Assembly (NCBI GenBank): GCA_033442325.1 | Contig: JAWQFM010000003.1 | Coordinates: forward strand, 2,168,806-2,185,847 | Direction: 5' to 3' | DNA from: Salpingoeca rosetta | Taxonomy: Eukaryota > Protista > Choanoflagellata | Length of the DNA: 17,042 bases | Shown here: piece after piece, positions 10,000-17,042 of the stretch | Numbering within the stretch: position 1 is the stretch's first letter | Layout: every line of letters begins with the position of its first letter | Translations under genes and position numbers: made by a program | The notes under the pieces: model-generated | What the model was told of the DNA's origin: nothing | What the model saw: the letters and a program-made list of their open reading frames with translations, nothing else | Database searches by the model: none

Positions 10000-11595
10000 G
10001 TATTGAGCAAGCCGCGTGCCATCACCATTGTGCTGACCGCAGATTCAGAGCATTATGCAGGCATTGTGGCTGTCATCAAGTGAGTCGTGCACACAACCTG
10101 TGTGACGCTGCTGAAAAACGTGCATGCATGCGCCTTTCACAATGGAGCCTGTGCCTTGATGGGTCATTCAAACCCATCATCACGCACGCGCACATACACA
10201 GTCCCTCTCACCCACATACATGCACACACATACACATACACACGCGGCTCTCTCAACCACATACATACACACACGCACCCTTGCGTCAGTTCTGCACGGC
10301 GGCACTCGGCTGTTCCTGGCCGTCTCATCTTCCACGTGCTGGCAGTTGCCGATGCATACGCGCTTGCAGTCTATCTGAGGTGCCGCGGCCTGCAGGCAGA
10401 GGTGGTGCCACCCATCACCACACACGACGATGAACGCCAACTCAGCACAAGAGCCGTTCGCGTTCACAACTTGAGTGAGCTCACAACTTTCCAACAACAA
10501 CCACCACCACCACAGCAGCAGCCACCACCACAGCAGCAGCAACCACCACCACCACAGCAGCAACAACAACAACCACCACCACCACCACAGCAGCAACCAC
10601 CACCACCACCACAGCAACAACAACAACAGCAGCAACAGCAACAGCAGGTGGAAGATGTGGCCTTGCTGTGGAATTCCATTCGTGCACTTGCACTCGTGCG
10701 CACATCCCGTGGCATTGCAGGCAACCTGGCCTCTGACGCCAACTTTGCCCGCTTTCTCATCCCGCCCTTGTTCGCAAGCGAGACGGCTGTGTTGTATTTG
10801 GACGCTGACACGCTCGTGCAAGGGGACCTCGCGAACCTGTGGGCCATCGTGCAAGCAGCATCAACGGTGCCCACCGCAGCTGCTGATGGTGGTGGTGGTG
10901 GTGGTGGTGGTGGTGGTGGTGGTGCTGCTGCTGCTGCTGCTGCTGCCGCCGCTACTGATCACGCAGCTGCTGATGTTGATGCTGGTGCTGGTGTATCCAA
11001 CATCGACTCTAGAACAGCGCACCAGGCTGCCCCCGTTGTTGCTGCTGTACCACGCGCTTTCCCAACGTACGCGTCGTTTTTCAACGCACACGTGCGTGAC
11101 TTGTACAAGCAGCACTACGGCGACGGCGCGGCGATGATGGTTGACGAGCCAACCTTCAACGCTGGCGTGATGGTGTTCTGGCCCCACCGCTGGCAACAGC
11201 AGCGTGTGGATGAGGACGTGCTGTGGTGGATGCAGCAGCACCGTGAGCACGTGAACGACGCAGACAACGGGTTGTGGGACTTTGGAACACAGCCGCTGCT
11301 GCTGCTCGCTGTGCACAATCGTTGGATGCACCTGCCAGCCGAGTGGAACGTCAATGGCCTGGGATACAGGACAGACATCAAGCAAGATGTGATTGATGGT
11401 GCAAGCGTCCTCCACTGGAGCGGGAGACAGAAGCCTTGGCTTGAGGACGTTGGGTTGTATCGCAGCATTTGGCTGCCTTTCTCACGCGTGCCCTGCAGCG
11501 GCCATGGTACATGCTCCCTTGATGACAACGGGTGTCGGTGTGAGCACAACTGGGTTGGAGAACACTGCCAAACGTCAGCGAGGGGCAGCCACTGA
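10000..11595 (+). CDS. Glycosyltransferase family 8 domain (GATL/GAUT/GLT8D-like) with C-terminal EGF-like domain. Exons ~10000-10079 and 10290-11595
   Basis: Motifs: ITIVLTAD..Y.GIVAVINS, NFARFLIP, VLYLDADTLVQGDLANLW (DxD), FNAGVMVF, GTQPLLL, WNVNGLGY and VLHWSGRQKPW, then CSGHGTC...GCRCEHNWVGEHC. Splice sites AA|GTGAGT 10080 and TCAG|10290; TGA at 11593-11595. Confidence 0.92.
10492..10647 (+). repeat. Coding poly-Q/poly-P insertion in the GT8 domain
   Basis: In-frame CAA/CAG/CCA units in ORF 10087-11595. Confidence 0.93.
10888..10953 (+). repeat. Coding poly-G/poly-A insertion in the GT8 domain
   Basis: In-frame (GGT)n(GCT)n. Confidence 0.93.
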
Positions 11596-12295
11596 CGGTG
11601 TTGGCGACCATGTCGTCGCAACGCCCGTTACACTTGACAATACAATGCAATACAGAGCGTATTTCGTGCAGCGTGTACGCAGGAGTGGGCAGGGTGTCGT
11701 TTTCATGACGTGTCTGCTTGGGAATCATGGATATATGTGCTGTATTGGCGAAGCTCTGAAACTGGAACCACTCCACAGCGTTCTGTATGTGCCGTAGTGC
11801 TGCGGCATGGGGGTCTGGAAATCATTGTTTCGTGTTGCAAATTATGGCACTTAGTTGCAATTGGAATGTGACGCTGTGCGCAGGTTGAGGCCCGTCTGAA
11901 TCAGGAGCAAACATTCATGGACGTTCTCCGTTGCTCCCCACTGCGTTTTGTGTGGTGGTGCTGTCTCTCCTTTTCTTAGCCGAGTTGCCTGATTGCGTGC
12001 GTCCACCTGATTGCTTGCATTGCGCGTGACTGTTCATTTCTCACGGACAAGTGAAGCGTTGAAACTACTCAAAGAAAGCGCAGCGGCACTGTGGTGTGGG
12101 AGTTGGTGTGTGGGCGAACAAGAAAGAGGGGGGGGGGGCTGGTTATGTACATACCACCGCAGGTACAAAATAGGAAACAAAGGCCACGCAACGAACCGAC
12201 GCAAGCGCACAGCCGTGGCAGCAACAAGTGTCTCACTTCATAACACACATACACACACACGCATAAGCACACAAGCATACTGTCATACTCTCGTT

Positions 12296-13489
12296 CTAGG
12301 TCGAGACAGTGAGGTAGCGACAGGCAAGCATCATCCAAACCACAATCACGTTCTCAGGATATGTGTACACACGACACCTCACAGCATGCCACACTTGGTC
12401 CCCTGCACGTGTGTGCGTGTGTGCGTGTGTGCGTGTGTGAGTGAGTGTGTGTGTGTGTGTGAATTCAGATGCACGTGTATGCATGAGATGACTTCCCGCA
12501 AACCGAGATTACACACACACACACACACACACACATACACCACCACCACCACCACCACCACCACCACCACCACCACACTGACCGTGGGCATCGAGGATGT
12601 CTTGTCCGACAAAGGACGACATGCATTCACGCAGCGCTTCGCCGGCGTTTAGTGTTCGCATTTCAAATGGAAATCCCTTGAAGCTGTGGCCAGTTGGGAT
12701 CATGTGCTTGATTGCCGCCTTAAACTCCTGATGTGCACGTGTGGGCAAAAAAGGTGGTGGTGAGAAGACGCGAGCAAGTACCGGATACAAAAGGGGGCAG
12801 GCTGTTGAAAGCGGACTCTGTTTGTGTGCGTGTGTGTTCATGGAGAGGGACACGGTCACACACAACTACATACAACTACAGACAGACAGACAGACACACA
12901 ACTACAGACACACAGACACAGACACAGACACACACACACACACACACNNNNNNNNNNNNNNNNNNNNNNNNNNNNNNNNNNNNNNNNNNNNNNNNNNNNN
13001 NNNNNNNNNNNNNNNNNNNNNNNNNNNNNNNNNNNNNNNNNNNNNNNNNNNNNNNNNNNNNNNNNNNNNNNNNNNNNNNNNNNNNNNNNNNNNNNNNNNN
13101 NNNNNNNNNNNNNNNNNNNNNNNNNNNNNNNNNNNNNNNNNNNNNNNNNNNNNNNNNNNNNNNNNNNNNNNNNNNNNNNNNNNNNNNNNNNNNNNNNNNN
13201 NNNNNNNNNNNNNNNNNNNNNNNNNNNNNNNNNNNNNNNNNNNNNNNNNNNNNNNNNNNNNNNNNNNNNNNNNNNNNNNNNNNNNNNNNNNNNNNNNNNN
13301 NNNNNNNNNNNNNNNNNNNNNNNNNNNNNNNNNNNNNNNNNNNNNNNNNNNNNNNNNNNNNNNNNNNNNNNNNNNNNNNNNNNNNNNNNNNNNNNNNNNN
13401 NNNNNNNNNNNNNNNNNNNNNNNNNNNNNNNNNNNNNNNNNNNNNNNNNNNNNNNNNNNNNNNNNNNNGAGAGAGAGAGAGAGAGAGAG

Positions 13490-13530
<41 letters not shown>

Positions 13531-14550
13531 GTCTGCAGTCGGCATTCACGTTGTGTCACCTCTTTGATGAGTGCGCGGAATTCGCGTTCGAGCATTTCCG
13601 ATGCGGCGTGGACATCTAGCGTACGCATGCGTGATGCACGATCAGAGAACAACGCACGGGTGGACAAGCGTCAATCGGTGCACAGAGATCAACAGGACGA
13701 GCACGTACACAGACAGTGACTCGGGCGCTAGAGTACATGTACACACACACGCAGAAACATTGCGGGGTTTAATTTCATGCACGCACCGAGTGGAATGGAC
13801 TGGAGCGTGATGGGTTGTGATGCGGCGTGATGTTGGCGCAGATCCAAGACGACATCAGAGCTCAACCGCTTCCAATCGCTCTGCAGCTCAAACGAACACA
13901 TAATGAGAGGAAAGAGGGATGGAGAGAGAGAATGTGTGTGTGTGATTGTTGCTTTCAAACGACCGTCTGAAGAGGTACACACACGCGTGCGCGCACACAC
14001 AGTCACAAGCACACACACACACCCAGGACCGCACCTCGTTTGAGAGGTCGAAAGAGCAGTCCTGCACGTGGTTCGACGGCTGCGCGTTGGCTGCAAACAG
14101 CGTTTCATTGAAGACGCAGTCCACAGTGACAAACGGGTGATTGGGCTGCTCGCCAAACCGCTGGTGGTCGTGCACGCTGCGAATTCAGAGTGGTTTGGTG
14201 TTGGCATCAGCGGTGATGCTAAGGTGAGACGATCAGGGAGAGATACACTCGAAGCACACACACATACACAGACACAGACACAGACACACACACACACACC
14301 CACCCACCCACACACAGACACCGACACAGACACACACCGCCCTACCGCCAGTGCTGGTGCTGTTTGCCAGTGATGGGGTCCCAGAACCAGATGATGCCAT
14401 CATCAGCGGGGACCATGGCCCACGCGTACGCAGACTCGCCCGTAAACTGCTCGTCATCGTCGCCCTCTTCCTCGCACTCTGCAACATGTTCACACACACA
14501 CACACACACACACACGCACGCGGCAGTGGAAATGGTGAGCCGAAACTGAT

Positions 14551-14630
<80 letters not shown>

Positions 14631-15432
14631 ACAGTGGATGTGCATGTGCGCCTTACGCTTGGTGCCGAGACAGATGAATGCGTTGAGTCCAAACTCGAGC
14701 AGCAACCCGACGAGCAGCAACGCGTGGTCCTCCACATCACCCTGGCCCTGCACCGGGGTGTCGTGTCGTGGTGTTGTAGTGGAACGCACAAGATTGAGAG
14801 CGAGCGGGTAAGTGTGTATGGGTGTGTGAGTGAGTGTGAGCGCGTGTGGGAGGGAGGAAGGGAGGGGGTGCCAACCACAAGTCATGCCGCACGCATGCAT
14901 GTAACTCTCCAACCCTCTCGTCAACCATAAAGCCGCTCACCGCACAGAGGAACGCGTGTGTGCTGGACCACTGCTCCCAGCGGACAGCGGCGCCGGTATC
15001 CAGTCCTCCGGACATCTGAGCCGCGCGCGCATGGCAATACAGTGTGCATGCCGTGAGTGCCGTGTTGCCATGGCATGACCACAAACGATCATGCACTTGC
15101 GCATGAAACATCAACACGCACAGACAGACAATCAGAAACGTTCACACACACATACACACAGACACACAGACACACAGACACACAGACACACAAACACGCA
15201 CACAGACACAGACAAGCAAGCAAGCAAGCAATACGGACCTCCCTGCGCTGGTACGGCAGGAGAGACACGAATCGTGCCGCCTCCCGCGGTGTTTCTAGCG
15301 CTCGCCCTGACACGGTGGTGATGATCATGGTGATGATGGCGATGGTGAGGAGGATGATCAGAACAACAAATGATTGTGAGGTGTGTGTGTATCTTGGGTC
15401 TTATCACGCTGCGAAACCACCAGTGCACGGTT

Positions 15433-15528
<96 letters not shown>

Positions 15529-15772
15529 GCACATGTGCAGCACCCGGCCCACCTGGCTTGACGCGCTGCAGGCACACGCAGACGGGTTTGCGCGTGGCGT
15601 TTTCGTCGCTGGCAAACAGTTTGACAAGGCGACGGCGGTGCGAGGGGCGAATGGCAGCATACTGATGATGATGATGGTGGTGGTGGTGGTGAGGGAGATG
15701 AGGAGAAGGTTGCTAGTGCGGCGAGCATATTGCAACACAGACAGACAGACAAACGAAACAGACAGAGACGCA

Positions 15773-15868
<96 letters not shown>

Positions 15869-16884
15869 CAACCGAAGCCATCCAAAGCATGCCATGCCGT
15901 GTGCTCACCTCGTCCCACCAGCGCTGTGCGAGGAGAACAAACTGTCGCTCCAGCAGCAGTCGCGCTTCCGCCTCCGATGTCAACGACGTCGCAACTTGCT
16001 CGGCCTGCAGGTGGTGATGGTGATGATGGTGATGATGATGGTGATGATGGTGATGATGATGGTGATGATGGTGGTGGTGATGGTGGAGAAGAGACATGAG
16101 GAAGCGATGGGTGTGTGCTTGAGCTCGAGCACAGACGTTCACGTGTCCACACGTCCACTTGAAGAGAGAGAGGATCAGGGGACGTGCAATGTCACACACA
16201 CACATGCATACACGGACACACACGTACGTCGAAGTTGACGAGGGAGGACGGGGTGACGTCGACACCAATATGGACAACACCGGCCGGCAGCTGCGCAGAC
16301 GCTCCGACGCCGTTCACTTTCACCGCTTTGGACCGCACGCTGATTGATGAATCAGGCGAGACACGAACGTGTGTGAATGTGCGCGTGTGTGAGCACATCC
16401 AATATCAAGCGCACACACGCATTAAGGGCCTGCACATCGCAGCGACAGACTCTATCACACACAGACACAGACACAGACACAGACACAGACACAGGCATAG
16501 ACACAGGCATAGACACAGACACACAGAGAGAGATACCCCCTCCCGCACATCTGTCTCACCGTCCGTTCATGTGCGACTCGAGCACGAGCGGGCGCCAGTC
16601 AAGATGATGCGACGCAATCACTGATCACGCGCAAGAGAAATGAACATTCGCAACACGTCATACCGTGGTGGTTAGGAATGTGAGGTGCAGGGTTCAAGCA
16701 ATGCAGTCACGGGTTACACACATACAAGCACAAGCATGCACACATAATGGCGGGTATCAACACACCAATGCATGTACCAACCTTCCTTGGGTGCGTGCAT
16801 GTCAGCCTGTCGCGTGATGACGATGTGCACGGGGTCGCGAACAGAGAATGTGGTATCGAGCTGGCGGTTGTACCCGCTCGGCGC
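12296..16884 (-). CDS. CEP76: Centrosomal protein CEP76 orthologue (5' end outside window). Exons 16884-16782, 16620-16560, 16339-16228, 16004-15909, 15661-15553, 15306-15239, 15015-14941, 14747-14657, 14478-14346, 14176-14035, 13880-13787, 13615-13530, [gap], 12727-12583, 12402-12296
   Basis: All GT-AG junctions are phase-compatible. The peptides match recalled CEP76 blocks in order: AQRWWDEYAAIRPSHRRRLVKLFASDEN, GRALETPREAARFVSLLPY, EQWSSTHAFLCAGQGDVEDHALLLVGLLLEFGLNAFICLGTK, FWDPITG, HPFVTVDCVFNETLFAANAQPS..V..CSFDLSNESDWK, EFKAAIKHMIPTGHSFKGFP and VRCRVYTYPENVIVVWMMLACRY. TAG at 12298-12296. Confidence 0.93.
12948..13468. other. Assembly gap (521 N) inside CEP76
   Basis: Run of N flanked by (CA)n on the left and (GA)n(GT)n on the right. 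Confidence 0.99.
14491..14626. repeat. Complementary (CA)n (14491-14515) and (TG)n (14552-14626) tracts within one CEP76 intron
   Basis: Directly visible within intron 14479-14656. Confidence 0.95.
15440..15864 (+). repeat. Two long perfect (CA)n tracts (~15440-15523 and ~15774-15864) in consecutive CEP76 introns
   Basis: Directly visible. Confidence 0.97.
16011..16085 (+). repeat. (GGT/GAT)n intronic repeat next to a CEP76 acceptor
   Basis: Reads (CAC/CAT)n-CTGCAG| on the sense strand. Confidence 0.93.
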
Positions 16885-16886
16885 CT

Positions 16887-16901
16887 GATGATGATGATGA
16901 C

Positions 16902-16981
<80 letters not shown>

Positions 16982-17042
16982 CGACGACGACGACGACGAC
17001 GACGACGATGATGATGATGACGACGACGATGATGATGATGAT
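16887..17042 (+). repeat. (GAT)n/(GAC)n intronic repeat running to the window end
   Basis: Reads (CAT)n-CAG| on the CEP76 sense strand, directly against the acceptor at 16887-16885. Confidence 0.97.

Noticed and set aside
9451-10028. Minus-strand poly-L/poly-V/poly-C ORFs resembling membrane or metal-binding proteins
   Set aside because: Reverse-complement translations of the CAA tract.
12733-13719. Long ORFs spanning 12.7-13.7 kb
   Set aside because: Artefacts of translating through the N gap.
15057-16280. ORFs rich in HT, VC or poly-H repeats
   Set aside because: Translations of intronic microsatellites; only the short embedded CEP76 exons are coding.
1-17042. Transposon, viral, tRNA or rRNA sequence
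   Set aside because: No transposase, RT or integrase motifs, terminal repeats or structured-RNA signatures were recognised by eye.

Overview
Intron-rich eukaryotic genomic DNA with abundant CA/TG and trinucleotide microsatellites. The gene style and content suggest a choanoflagellate, probably Salpingoeca rosetta (inference). Four genes were reconstructed by hand from GT-AG exons with consistent phases. (1) A minus-strand VWA-domain gene with an intact MIDAS motif, running off the left edge. (2) Head-to-head with it, a 3-exon gene for a ~618-aa protein: a TIR/HET-like N-terminal domain followed by eight 42-aa TPRs. (3) A long multi-exon plus-strand gene for a probable type II membrane protein: a duplicated [PAN/apple-like + EGF] module, a GT8 (GATL/GLT8D-like) glycosyltransferase domain and a C-terminal EGF. 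(4) A minus-strand CEP76 orthologue interrupted by a 521-nt assembly gap and running off the right edge. The most notable observations are the putative TIR/HET-TPR receptor-effector with a TIR-type catalytic Glu motif, the modular glycosyltransferase, and introns whose 3' splice sites lack polypyrimidine tracts and often carry complementary TG/CA repeats.
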